Source of the DNA: Octopus vulgaris | Lineage: Eukaryota | DNA: 64,000 bases | Assembly (NCBI GenBank): GCA_951406725.2 | Contig: OX597836.1 | Location: 48,980,001-49,044,000, forward strand | Reading direction: 5' to 3' | Part shown: positions 13,873-27,783 of the stretch, piece by piece | Position numbering within the stretch: position 1 is the stretch's first letter | Layout of the letters: the number at the start of each line of letters is the position of its first letter | Program-made: the position numbers and the translations under genes | The notes under the pieces: model-generated | The model's input: only the letters and a program-made list of their open reading frames with translations | Databases searched by the model: none | Told to the model about the DNA's origin: nothing

Positions 13873-14265
13873 TCTTTTACTCTTTTACTTGTTTCAGTCA
13901 TTTGACTGCGGCCATGCTGGAGCACCGCCTTTAGTCGAGCAAATCGACCCCGGGACTTATTCTTTATAAGCCCAGTACTTATTCTATCAGTCTCTTTTGC
14001 CGAACCGCTAAATGACGGGGACGTAAACACACCAGCATCGGTTGTCAAGCAATGCTAGGGGGACAAACACACACACACATACACATATATATATATATAT
14101 ACATATATACGACAGGCTTCTTTCAGTTTCCGTCTACCAAATCCACTCACAAGGCATTGGTCGGCCCGGGGCTATAGCAGAAGACACTTGCCCAAGATGC
14201 CACGCAGTGGGACTGAACCCGGAACCATGTGGTTGGTTAGCAAGCTACTTACCACACAGCCACAT
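13873..14265 (-). mobile_element. SINE family A, full length
   Basis: Complete head (GTGGCTGTGTGGTAAG, GGTTCAGTCCC), core, internal microsatellite and GACTGAAACAAGTAAAAGAG tail on the minus strand. Confidence 0.85.
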
Positions 14266-14317
14266 AGCCGAAAATATCAATTATGTCACGTACATATCTG
14301 TGGATGATATGTGTATA

Positions 14318-14720
14318 TAGGTGCAGGCGTGGCTGTGTGGGAAGATGCTTGCTTCCCAAGCACATGGTTCAGGGTTCAGTTCCACAGCGTGGCACGTTGG
14401 GCAAGTGTCTTCTGCTATAGCGTCGGACCGACTGAAGCCTTGTGAGTGGATTTAGTAGACGGAAACTGAAAGAAGCCCGTCGTATATGTGTATGTGTGTG
14501 TGTCTTTCTGTCTGTGTTTGTTCCCCCACCACCGCTTGATAACGGATGTTAGTGGGTTTACGCCCAAGTAACATAGCGGTTCGGCGAAATAGGCCAATAG
14601 AATAAAAACTAGGCTTCAAAGAATAAGTCCTGGGGTCGATTTCGTCGACTAAAAATTCTTCAAGGCGGTGCCCCAGCATGACCGCAGTCAAATGACTGAA
14701 ACAAGTAAAAGAATAAAAGA
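14318..14720 (+). mobile_element. SINE family A, full length (head-to-head with the previous copy)
   Basis: GCAGGCGTGGCTGTGTGG...GACGGAAACTGAAAGAAGCCCGTCG...ATGACTGAAACAAGTAAAAG. Confidence 0.85.
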
Positions 14721-16009
14721 ATGTATACATCAGCCTGTCATACATAATTCGTAATTCGGATTTAGTCTTTTCCATTCGCAAAATGAGTCCCCTTTAATTT
14801 TGTTCAGATTGCTTTCGGTTTTGGTGTATCGATGCAACTCTGAATTTTGATTCCGATCAACCAATTACTTTATCTCGTAAATTAAAGAATCTGTTGTTAT
14901 TTGGAATTCAAGTTGGGAAATTTGTGTAATTTTAGCCAATCAACAGATATTACGTATTTCTCTGTGCTTTTTGTGTGTGTCAGTATTTTTACATATTTTT
15001 CATTTCATATGTTTTTTGGGACAAATTCTTTGTTGACCAGCGTTATTCTCACCGTAGTTTGCAATTTCAAGCATGAAACCGTTTCTCGACTTTGGAGTTT
15101 TGGAAACAGACGCCCCCTTTTCACATACACATACATACATACACGCACACACAAACACACACAAACACACACACAAACAGACACACACACTCACACACAC
15201 ACACAAACACACACAAGCAAACACACATACACACACTCACACGCACACACACACACACACACACACACGCGCACATACGTGCACTTATATATTAATGATG
15301 CACAGAAATACCTGAGTATACATAATACTAAAATACGCATAAATATATTAGTATAACAAATTAAAAAATAATAATAAAAACATACAATCAATGAAGAGGC
15401 AAAATAATGTTTATACGCACATGCACATAGATACACGTGCTCAAAGACAAACAATTATGAAAAATGACAAATACAAAATATATATACAATAAAATCTCCT
15501 AATTGAAATGTGATGTAACAGACAACAGTTCCAAGACAAGCCTCACTTCCTGCAAACGTTAACATTATTCACAAATGTACCGGAATCATACCCGTACGCC
15601 GAGTATTTCACTTGCAGACCTTTCCAGAAATATCCTAGCGCAACCATTCTGGAGCTGCATGAGAGGTCAACGAGAAGCAACGTCTTCTGGCGGAGTTCAT
15701 TACCGACCCGTACAGGTGCTGCCCTCTTCATTTTTAAGTAATTCGTTGACGGATATATTTTTATATATATTTACAGATGTTGCCTAGTGGAAGCTGAGTG
15801 ATGCTTAGTGTCCCTCAAAAGGCATCCTGTACTGATATTTTCTCTTTGCAAATATCCCTTTTTTTTTACCGTTTCCGTATTTGAACCACGGACTTACTTA
15901 CAAATCTCATGTGTTCGGTATCAGTACAGTAAATGCATTGTGGGATATTGTCGTGCTGTAAGAGCAGAGTCCTGGCTGCTGTACATGTCGTATGCATGTA
16001 TCTATGTAT

Positions 16010-16064
<55 letters not shown>

Positions 16065-16072
16065 GTTTTGTA

Positions 16073-17067
16073 TGTCTTGTACTCTATTTTTTCGTTGTTT
16101 AAGAAAAATGTCCATTTCCTTAGTCTTGTGTTTATGTTTTCGTTTCTCATTGTATTCGACGTTTTTTTGGTGTCCTGTACCCATATATGCATGTATATAT
16201 ACATGTAGAGGTAGGTACGTACATATACGTATGTATATATGCATCTGTTTTATTTATTTATTAATTTATTATATGACGGAACGCACGCATCTATTTCTAA
16301 GTAAGATTGTTCTCAATATTAATAATGATGCGCACTCTTAACCTTTTCTCTCCCCCTCCCTTTCTCAGCCTTCATTCTTTTGGCTTTCCTTTTCTTCTAC
16401 CTTACTGTCTCTCCCTCTCTCTCTCATTCTTCATTCTTTTCTCTACAACCATTCCCTTTTTTTTTTATCTCCCTTTCTCTTACTCCTCCTCCTCCTCCCT
16501 CCCGTCGTTGACCCGCGACGAGAACTCTGCTACTGTCTTTCTTCTCCTGGCTACCTTCAAGAAGAGACGGCACATCTGTTGCTCCTTTGCCGTTTTCAAA
16601 AAATAGCGTTCGTAAAATTTTTTATCTCGTTCGGCTTCTTGTTTGTGTTACTGTTATTCTCCTTGTCCTGTCTTTTACTGTTTATATTTTGTACTGTCGT
16701 TACTGTCCTGTTTTTGTTACCATTTTTACCCCTCCGCAAAAAAATCTCAAATTTTATTTAATTGATTTTCGCGGGAAGGATTGTTTCATTAAAGTCATGT
16801 ATCGCCTTGACCTTCGAACGTGGAGTAGATGAAACAAAGGCGACTGAAGAAGGGGAATTGTCCTTGTGTTATTTGTCCTGTACTCTATTTTTTCGTTGTT
16901 TAAAAAAAATGTCCATTTCCTTGGTTTTGAGTTTATGTTTTCGTTTCTCATTGTGTTCGATGTTTTTTTGGTGTCCTGTACCCATATATGCATGTATATA
17001 TATATGTAGAGGTAGGTACGTACATATATGTATGTATATATGCATATGTTTTATTTATTTATCAATT

Positions 17068-17075
<8 letters not shown>
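16073..17075. repeat. ~200-bp direct repeat pair (about 16073-16272 and 16875-17075)
   Basis: Both read TGTACTCTATTTTTTCGTTGTTT...TGTCCATTTCC...GGTGTCCTGTACCCATATATGC...AGAGGTAGGTACGTAC. Confidence 0.85.
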
Positions 17076-17117
<42 letters not shown>

Positions 17118-17138
17118 GGGGGCATTTATATTATATAG

Positions 17139-17193
<55 letters not shown>

Positions 17194-17336
17194 CACACAC
17201 GAACGCACACGCAGACACACAGAGATTCGTATACACATACCAATACAAATAAAAATTTGTGTGTATACATTCGTAGCTACATACACATAGAACCGTACAT
17301 GATACACACTTGCATAAACTCGCGAACGCTCACATA

Positions 17337-17387
<51 letters not shown>

Positions 17388-18037
17388 TCACACACACATA
17401 CTCACACACACACACACAAATATTCATAAGTTTATTATTAAGGTTTATCAAATAACTGCTGGTCCTTAAGCGGAACCCTCTGACCTCCTGACCTCTATAC
17501 ACCTTAAGTAGTCCCTTAAGTCTTTTCCTTGCCATCTCGTTAAGGGAGGACTTGCGGCCATATTGGATTGTATAAATAATTAGTGGGGTCATTAAGGACA
17601 TTTAGAGTTGATTGGCACATAACGTCCACGTGTGTGTGTGTGGATTGCTATAATCTGCGGTTCTGTATGTTGTTATAGCGATGGTAATGTAATAAACCGA
17701 TGTATACACATTTTGTGTATATGTTGATATTCTGGTTTCTCTACTCTGTGTTTGTGTGTGCTTCTATGTATATGTGTGTAATTGTGTGTGTATATACGTA
17801 TATATGTACACACACACACACTACACACACATATACATATATAAATATATATACACACACACATATACTCATACACGTACACATATACTTTATGTGTGTA
17901 TGTGTGTATTTACCTGTGTATTATATATATTTGTATCTGTTTTTTATGCGTGTATACGACAGACGAAGGTATATATATGCTCCAGCATGGGGTTAGCCGT
18001 AATGGCTAAAACAAGCCGAAGAGATAGAAAACGTAGA

Positions 18038-18079
<42 letters not shown>

Positions 18080-18244
18080 AAGTGCAGAAAAGTTCCTGTC
18101 TTAGGGTTAAAGAAAATAGAAGAGGATCAGTTAATTATGATTTTATTCAACATATTCTCCTCTCAGCAGATTCACTTATTGCACACCAAAAAACGCGAAA
18201 GGTCAGGACCCGAAGAACCGGACAGCAAACCCGCGTATATACTT

Positions 18245-18628
18245 TTATTCTTTTTTTCTTTACTGGTTTCAGTCATTGGACTGCGGCCATGCTGGAGCTC
18301 CGCCTTTAGTCGAATGATTCGACCCCAGGATTTATTCTTTCTAAGGCTAGTACTTATTCTATTGGCCTCTTTTGCCGAACCGCTAAGTTACGGGACGTAA
18401 ACACACCAACATCTGTTGTCAAGATGTGGCGGGGAGAAACATAGACATAAAAGATATAAACACACACACACATACATATATATGACGGGCTTCTTTCAGT
18501 TTCCGTCGGCCAAATCCACTCAGAAAGCTATAGTAGAAGACAGCTGCCCAAGGTGCCACGCAGTTGGACTGAACCTGGAACCGTGGGGTTGGTAAGAAAG
18601 CTTCTTACCACGGAACCACTCCTGCGCA
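18245..18628 (-). mobile_element. SINE family A
   Basis: Same motifs as the 13873-14265 copy, with a small internal deletion. Confidence 0.8.
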
Positions 18629-19054
18629 ATGTTTGGGTCAGTTAAAATGTTTGTGACATATTTCAACTGCGAAAAGGCAAATTCACTGCTGTTACCGTGG
18701 AGAAAATCGTCTCTTATCGTAAAAAGGTGTAAAAAAACACCATACATACATACATACATATATATATTTACCTGTGGGATTATATTCATATAGACACGTG
18801 CTCATGCAGACAGTCACGCATATATGTATCGATGGTGGGGGACAAACACAGACTCACAAACACACACATGTATATATCTAACGTTACTTTTCATAAAAAG
18901 CCTTTACTTTTTTAATTTCCAATATGCATTTTCGTTTTTTTTTCTTACTTTCCCCTTAAATTTCCACGTGTAGTTTCTTTTTTTTTTTTGTAACATATTT
19001 CTATATATATATATACTTATAATGTAATACATGTCCTTGAAGTAGTAATTGTGC

Positions 19055-19141
19055 GCGGCTGAAGAAGGCTATGGACACACATTTACATCAATTATGCATT
19101 GTTATAAACCGTCTAATAAAGGCCCGAAACATATGTACCGC
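19055..19141 (+). ncRNA. Type I hammerhead-ribozyme-like motif with intact core
   Basis: GCGG(19055-58)-CTGAAGA-long stem II-GAAAC-ATAT-GTA-CCGC(19138-41); stem III is the palindrome CATATG. Confidence 0.65.
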
Positions 19142-19170
19142 TAAATCCTTTGCATCATGTTTTTATTTTG

Positions 19171-19217
<47 letters not shown>

Positions 19218-20340
19218 TACTTACATGTTTAGTAAAGAGAAATGTTGTGTAAGGCCATAACAGCGAGAGAAGATACAAAGTAAACTACAAAAAAGAAGCG
19301 AAAAGTAAATGAAGTTGTAGTTTTACCTAATATTTCGGGCGTATGAGGCCTTTTTCAAGACATGTGGCAAAAGCGAGGGATGGAAAAAGATTTCTAAAAC
19401 AAATGGCAAATAGCCTGACGCATTCTGCCAATAATTGTCACTTCTACGACTACTGTTCATTTTTTCTAGTGTGTATGTGAGGATGTTTATATGCATTTCT
19501 GTGTGTGTGTGTGTGTGTGTACAGCAGGTGAGTCAATGCGTGAGTGAGGGAGAAAGAGAGGGAGAGAAAGGGAGAGCGAGAGAGAGAGAGAGAGAGAGAA
19601 AGAGAGCGAGAGAGAGAAAGAAAGGCTGCAGAGCTTAGACATTTCACCATAAGAAAACTGTCGCAATCAAGCGAGCCACAAAAACCCGGCATTTTTGGCA
19701 ACTAAATCAATTCCTCTTCCCCCACCCCCACACATTTTGTAACCCTGGGCTTTTGGATTGAGTAACGAAGATCTGTTTTTCGTTGCTTCCCTGATGAGAC
19801 GCAGTGTAATTTTCGTGCGACGAAAACTTTAATTTTATTTGAATCAAACAGCGTTTGTTAGATTCTTTGTTAGGTTTTTGCACTGGCGAATACGTGTCAT
19901 CCGTTCTCTATCAGTTTCAGTGAAGTGACTCACCGAACCTCTGTAATCCAATAACATCGTTGTTGAAGAAACCCTCTTTACTGCAGAGAAAGGACTCTCT
20001 GCACAGCTGCTGCTGCTATTTTTGTTCTTCCCAGGCGGTCCACGAGCGCAGCTCAGTCACTCATGTTGATAATGCTACGGTTTTGAATCTGCCCGGGATT
20101 ATCTCTCTTTGGCATTTCCCATTGGAGAAGGCCAAAGAGACAGAAACATGCGTCTGGGAATCCGCTAGGGGGAAGCACTGGGCGGATATGATGTTTTTTG
20201 CACCTTTTGCCATAAGAGAGAATTTTTTCTCTCCACGGTGAATTTGCCTTAGAAGTTAAAATATGCCACAAACTTATTTTAACTAACCTAAAATTCGTGT
20301 TTGTGTGTGTGTATGTGTGTGTGCGTGCGTATATACACAC

Positions 20341-20395
<55 letters not shown>

Positions 20396-20523
20396 TATAT
20401 ATAGAGAGAGAGAGTAAAAAGTATATATATATATACGTGAGTGGATTTGGTATCTTAGTGTCCTTTGATGTAGCATTTATGTGCAGATATGTGTGTGTGT
20501 GTGTGTGTGTGTGTGTTTATATA

Positions 20524-20584
<61 letters not shown>

Positions 20585-20619
20585 CATCGAACATAAATAG
20601 AGAGAATTAAGAACATCTA

Positions 20620-21300
20620 CAGGCCAGGGAACGTCATCAATATGATTTTTATAAGATATCTTAGCGAGAGCGAAAGATCAATATTGAAAGAGATGTAAGA
20701 CATGAAGATATGATTTCGCCCCAAAAATCGTTAATGCTGCACTGGAAGTCATCTTGGAGAAGCTAAACTGGAATGAAAAAGGAATAAAGATTAAATGGTG
20801 GATTTTTAAGTCGGTTACGCTTTGTTGACGGCATAGTTCTCTTTTCAAATGATGCTCACTCACTGGAACAAAGGCTTAATGAAGTGAGCAGTGCAAGCAA
20901 CAAGGCGGGACTAAAAGAAATAAGAAGAAAACACAGAGTCCTGTTCACAAGCTGTGCAACCAATGAAGTCATCAAAGTCAACCAGAATGCTATATAATAA
21001 CATCTGACAAAGATATTTAGGTTGGACAGCTGGCAAAAGGGGGAACGGAGCCATTTCGAGAAAGTAAAAAGAACGAATTCGCGTCGGATGATGACGTCTG
21101 TTTGAAGAATGAAGTGACATCATGAAAAGTGAGAAGAAAGCATCAAGCCTGAATCGCAGAATATTTGACCAGTTTCTTATTGCAGCGATGAAGTGTAGAA
21201 AAGAAAACACGGGCGATGACTAAAGACTTAGAACAAAAGCAGAGCTGGACTGTAATGATTTAGCTCGCCTCTGGGATACAAGTGCTGTGAGGTGGCCAGG
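20620..21300 (+). mobile_element. Decayed RTE-clade RT fragment
   Basis: 'IERDVRHEDMISPK..NAALEVILEKLNWNEKGIKI' resembles the RTE RT4-5 segment GVRQGD.ISPKLF.AALE.I..KL.W...GI.I. Confidence 0.65.
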
Positions 21301-22479
21301 AATGTTTTCAATAGCTTTTTATTTCATCGTTATAGTAAGACAACGGAGTAACACCGTTGGTAGGAGAGGTCAAAAGGGCAAAGGAGGAGGAGGAGGAGGA
21401 GGAGGAGGAGGAGGAGGAGGAGGAATTACTGGAACTGAACAAAGGAACGGAAGTTAAGATATGTTGAAAGCAAGTAAAAACAAGACAAGAAAAAGGTGAA
21501 AAGATACACCAGCAGATTATTTTCACTTCATCATTTTGGGAACCTGATACAGCAAACTTATCATCAAAGACATTCCAGCCTTCAGCAAACCGTCTTTTTA
21601 GGGATAATCTAGGACATTACGTACAATAGGCGTGTGATTTAGGCAGGGGGATACTTTGGCTGCTATTTTTAGCGTGTCGAGCGACCAGGTAGAGGCTCTT
21701 TCATTGGTTCGATTGCGTGATGCGATTTTTTTACACACATATGTATGTATGTATATCATCGGCATAAATGTGTATATATATATATCATTGACACTTATCA
21801 AACATAAATTTGGCCATTGTCACTCTGTAACTTCTGCCTATTATTAATGTGTGTGTGTGTGTGTGTATAATGGACCCGGAAGTTGTTGTTCACAAACAGC
21901 AGCAGTAATTTTCTTCAGCTGAATACACGTTATTGATTGGTTAAAATTACCCAAATAAGACAATTTTAACACGAAATAACTTCTAAAATACAAAATTTTG
22001 TCAAAAACATTAAAGTAAACCTTGTAAACACATTCTACAAGTATCCGAAGTTTCAAAGTGTTTAATTAAAAAAAAAAAAATTAAAAAATTTGGCCGTCAA
22101 ATTGAATAGATCCATTCTTTATAAGCGTAGTACGTATTCTATCGGTCTCTTTTGCCGAACGGCTAAGTTATGGGGACGTAAACATGCAAACATCGGTTGT
22201 CAAGCGATGGTGGGGAGGCCAAACACAGACTCACAAAAACACACACACACATACACATACATATATATATACGTATATGGTTCGTTTTGGGATTTGCTGT
22301 GCAAGATTCTTTATGTGAGTTCGTGTGTTGAAGCATATTTCGTTGTGTCTGGGAAGAGTCTTATCATTTAAAATACACACTCATCTGTTTATTTTACTTA
22401 TAAATAAATGAGTGGAAACTTTACCGGTGTGTGTGTTAAATAAGGTACTAAAAGAAAATGACTATTCCCAAACACAACA

Positions 22480-22537
<58 letters not shown>

Positions 22538-22608
22538 GCACAGAGTATCTCTCGGTATAAATTATTATTATATAAAAGTCTATACATAGATACATACATG
22601 TGTGATTT

Positions 22609-22679
<71 letters not shown>

Positions 22680-22761
22680 CTATGTATAGATTTTTATATA
22701 ATGATAATTTATACCGAGAGATATTGTGTGCGTATATGTAACACAGAACTTACTTTATGTA

Positions 22762-22815
<54 letters not shown>

Positions 22816-23078
22816 CATACATAAAGTAAGCTCTATGTTACATATATATATATACATAAACACACACACACATGTGTGTTGTCGTATATAAACTAATGAA
22901 AATCCTAAGTTTATCCCTTTTTGTCACCTGTACTCGACTGACGTTCCGTTCACCATGCTCATAAGTATTGAGTCCTACGTCAGCTTATCAGTATCGCTAT
23001 CCCTGAGCGAAATGTTAAAATACACACACAAATAGATAGATAGATAGATAGATAGATTGATAGATAGATAGATAGATA

Positions 23079-23119
<41 letters not shown>

Positions 23120-23849
23120 GGAGAGAGAGAGAGAGATAAATCTTGATGTTTCTCTGTGTCAAGATGTTTATTAGAAACAAAGGAGAAAGTTAGAGAAGAG
23201 GGGTGGATCGGGTGATGAGAGGGGGAGGAGGGGGAATGTGGGGAAAGAAAGAAAGAAAGGGCGAGAGAAAAATCTTGACCTTTATAATTAACATACTTTC
23301 CGACACTTAGTGACATGTCAAAAGGTCAGCGATAACTCCTCTCTTCTTCCTCAACCTCCTCCTCCTCTCCCCACCTACTGCCATCACGTGACTGGCCAGA
23401 AACTCTGGACAACTACAAACCCTTCGGTGTCATTCGTTGGTCATTTGGAGTCTTTGCTATTTTTAGAAATTTGTTATTGTTTTCTTTTTGCTTTTTGTTT
23501 TTGTTGTTTCGTATTTTTTAATCCTCATTCGTCGCCATTTTGTCATTTTTTTCCCGGGCTTTGTTTTTGTTTTTCCTTTTTGCATTTATGTTGCCTTTGT
23601 ATTTATGTAAGTACACAACATACAAATATATACGCGCACACATGAGAGAGAGAGAGAGAGGGGGAGGGAGAAAGAGAAAGGTAAAATAACTGCCACACTT
23701 TAAAAACCCCCCAGAAAACCCCAGAAAAACTGCGTAATTGCCTGGGAGCAATTTGTTCGACTGAACGTTTAAACTGAGAGCCACAGCATGGCCGCAGCCC
23801 AGTGACTGAGACAAGTAAAGAGATATAAACACGTATGTGTTCATTTGAT

Positions 23850-24085
23850 ACCTATTTCTTTACTACCCTCAAGGGGCTAAACATAGAGGGGACAAACAAG
23901 GACAGACAAACGGATTAAGTCGATTATATCGACCCCAGTACGTAATTGGTACTTAATTTATCGACCCTGAAAGGATGAAAGGCAAAGTCGACCTCGGCGG
24001 AATTTGAACTCAGAACGTAGCGACAGACGAAATACGGCAACGCATTTCGCCCGGCACGCTAACGTTTCTGCCAGCTCGCCGCCTT
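23850..24085 (-). mobile_element. SINE family B, near full length
   Basis: Minus strand AGGCGGCGAGCTGGCAGAAACGTTAGC (A-box-like)...GAGTTCAAATTCC (B box)...CCTTTCATCCTTTCAGGGTCGATAAATTAAGTACC. Confidence 0.8.
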
Positions 24086-24234
24086 ATTTGATACCTAAGT
24101 CGTATATCGTGGGCCCGTTGTGGCGGTTGGGTCTCGTAAGGGAGAGTGTGTCGATGAGGAAGCGACAGGTGTGGCAACGAGGGGGGGGGGGGGTCAAGAA
24201 TTACGGATTATGAGAAGCTGACGGATGTGTCCTT

Positions 24235-24440
24235 CTGTTCTTTTACTTGTTTCGGGCATTTGACTGCGGCCACTCTGGGGCACCGTCTTGAGGGTTTTTA
24301 GTCGAACCGACCCTAGGACTTATTCTTTGAAGCCCAGTACTTATTCTATCGGTATCTTTTGCTGAACCGCTAACCTACGGGGATGTAAACAGACCAACAG
24401 CGGTTGTCAAGCGATGGTGGAGGGGCCAAACACACAAATA
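24235..24440 (-). mobile_element. SINE family A, 3' half
   Basis: CTTTTACTTGTTTC...TTGACTGCGGCC...GAACCGCTAA. Confidence 0.7.
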
Positions 24441-24464
24441 TATACATTTGTATATACATACATG

Positions 24465-24503
<39 letters not shown>

Positions 24504-24754
24504 TCATTAAAATATACAATTTTCAGGAAGCAGTGAGAAAATTAAAACAAACGCGCGCGCGCATAAACACACACACACACACACGTGTTTTAATTACATT
24601 TTTACTTTAATGAAGAGAGAATCTGAATTCAAATTGAAACTTTTATGATTTGTTAAAGACATGAATGTAACACACACACATTTCCATATATATATATGTA
24701 TGTATGTAAGTATATGTGTGTATGTATATATGCATACACACACAAATATGTGTG

Positions 24755-24809
<55 letters not shown>

Positions 24810-24812
<3 letters not shown>

Positions 24813-25395
24813 CGAAGGTATGGCTGTGTGGTAAGAAGCTTGCTTTCCAAACACATGGTTCCGGGTTCAGGCCCACTGCGTGGGCAAGTTTCTCTACTAT
24901 AGCTTCAGGCTGACCAAAAACTTGTGATTGGATTTGGCAGACGGAAACTGATAGAAATCCGGCATATATATATATATGAATGTGTGTGTGTGCCACCATC
25001 GTTTGACAACTGATGTTGGTATGTTTATGTCCCCGTAACCTAGCGGTTCGGCAAAAAGACCAATAGAATAACTACTAAGCTTACAAAGAAATCCTGAGGT
25101 CGATTTCTGCGAATAAAGGCGGTGCTCCAGCTTGGCTGCAGTCAAATGACTGAAACGTATATAAGAGTATACACACGTAAAGATGTGTGTGTGTGAGTTG
25201 TGAGTGTTTGTCTTGCTTGGCAACCGGTGTTGGTGTGTTTACGTCTTTGCAAATAGGAGTTTCGGCAAAAAGAGAGCTAGAGAGAATAAGTACGTGGCTT
25301 AAATGTTCTGGGGTTAATTCTGTTAACAAAACCCTTGAAGGCGGTGCCCCAGCGTGGCCGTTGTCTAAACACTGACACAAATAAAGGACTAAAAG
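24810..25395 (+). mobile_element. SINE family A full copy plus a second 3' half
   Basis: Head at 24810 and tail GTCAAATGACTGAAAC at ~25141; the 3' half is repeated at 25190-25395. Confidence 0.75.
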
Positions 25396-26294
25396 AACAC
25401 ACAGACACACAGACAGCTATATATTTTTCCTTATGTGCGAATTAAATTTATAAACACGTGTATATGCACAGTTATACGTACACACACACACGTGTATATA
25501 TATATATATATTGTCAGGGCAAGACTGCTAGGTAGTCGGCCGCATGCTAGAAATAGATCATCAACGATCAAACTACAAAGAAGGCTAGACTACTGGTTTT
25601 AAATTGATATTAAAATATTAATTTATCTCCCTCATTATTTAAATATATATATATATATACGTGTGTGTGTATGTATAACTGTATATATATATATATATGT
25701 ATGTATAATCTATGATTGCGTATATGCATCTCCCTCTCTCTCTCTCTCTCTATATATATATATTATAATACACACAAAAAGGGAAAATATTAATTTCTGC
25801 TTCCCCCCACTTTCTCTTTTTTCTCATTTTAAACTTGTTATCAAATAACACCGTCACCACTGCCACTACCACTACTACTACTACTACTACTCCTACCCTT
25901 TCTTCTCGCACGCCCTCGCGCCCTCACCCTCCACCTCCTCCTCATGACAAACAAGAAACCCTATTATGTTCTCCAATCCGACCCCCCCCCCACTCCCCCA
26001 TCGTCCACCCTCCACCACCCCATCTTCACCTCCTCCCAACCTACTAAACTGGTTTTTAAGGGTTGACCTGACCTTAACTTGCCCCAGCAAGCTTTTACCC
26101 CAAAAATACTCGTTCCAAGCCAGTTTTTACTTTTCTTTTTCCTCCATTATTTTTCACATTGTTTCTCGTTTTCGGTAGGTCCGCGCGCGCGCGCATGTGT
26201 AATGGCCTACATACATCTACAAAAATGTAATCACACACACACACATATATATATATATACATCCATACACATATTTATATATATACATTTTTAT

Positions 26295-26460
26295 AGGAGC
26301 AACGTGGATGTGTGGTAAGAAACATGCTTCTTAACTTACATTGTTTCAGGTTCAGTCCCACTACGCGGCACCTTGGGCAAGTGTCTTCTACTATAGCCTT
26401 GGGCCGACCAAAGCCTTGTGAGAAGATTAGGAAGACGGAAACTGAAAGAAGCCCGTCGTA
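26295..26460 (+). mobile_element. SINE family A, 5' half
   Basis: GTGTGGTAAG...GGTTCAGTCCCACTACGCGGCACCTTGGGCAAGTGTC...GAAGCCCGTCG then (TA)n. Confidence 0.75.
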
Positions 26461-26496
26461 TATATATATATATATATGTATATGCATATATAAATA

Positions 26497-26552
<56 letters not shown>

Positions 26553-26713
26553 TATTCTTTACTTTTATTCTTTTACATGTTTCACTCATGTAACAACGGC
26601 CATGTTGGAGTACTGCATATACACAAACATATACGTATAAATACATATAAATACATAGATATATAAATACATATATATATATATACATATATATATGTAT
26701 ACATATATATATG

Positions 26714-26807
<94 letters not shown>

Positions 26808-27267
26808 CATATATATATGTATATATATATACATATATATGTATATGTATATATATATGTATATGTATATATATATGTGTGTGTGTATATATATATATAC
26901 ATATATGGTGCCCCAGCATGGCCTCAGCCGGATGGCTGAAACAAGTAAAAGAGTAAAAGAGTAAAAGAGATATATACAGATATAATATATACACATATAT
27001 ATACATGCATACATACATACATTGGCATATCACACACACACACACACACTGTGTTTAAGCGATTTAGTCACATGATATGTTTCTCTTATTTGACAAATCT
27101 TCATATTTTTTTAGATTTGTTATAGATTGCTTTCTCCTCCCTCTCTCTTGTCCCCCCCTCTCTCTCTCTTCGTCTGCTTTTCTCATTCATTCATTATGAC
27201 ACACATTGATATCCAACAGATGCAAGAATAAAGAACAGCAGTGAATCGTTTATTAGGTACATACATA

Positions 27268-27333
<66 letters not shown>

Positions 27334-27337
27334 CGTA

Positions 27338-27710
27338 TAGGCACAGGCCTGGCTTTGCGGTGAGAAACTTTGTTCCCAACCGCATGGTTCTGGGTTCAGT
27401 CTTACTCCGTGACACCTTTGGGAAGTGTCTTCTTCAATAACCTCGGGCCATCCAAAGCCTTATGAGCGGATTTTGTAGACGGAAACTGAAAGAAGCCCGT
27501 CGTATATATTTATGTGTGTGCCTTTGTTTGTCCCCCACCATCGCTTGATAACCGATGTTGCTGTGTTTACATCCCCGTAAGTGAGTGGTTCGGCAGAAGA
27601 GACCGATAGGCCAGGCTTACAAAGAATAAGTCCAGGGGTCGATATCTTTGAGTAAAAGGCAGGGCTTAAGCATGGCCCCAGTCACGTGACTGAAACAAGT
27701 AAAAGAATAA
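27338..27710 (+). mobile_element. SINE family A, full length
   Basis: Head, core and GACTGAAACAAGTAAAAG tail all present. Confidence 0.8.
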
Positions 27711-27783
27711 TACTTCGACCAAAGATTGGTCCAGGCCATGTTTAACTTAATAGCACCTCCTGATTGGATTATCTAAATCCTTT

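Noticed and set aside
19791-19825. CTGATGAG...CGAAA hammerhead core with partial stem II
   Set aside because: No stem I or stem III partner found; at most a decayed remnant.
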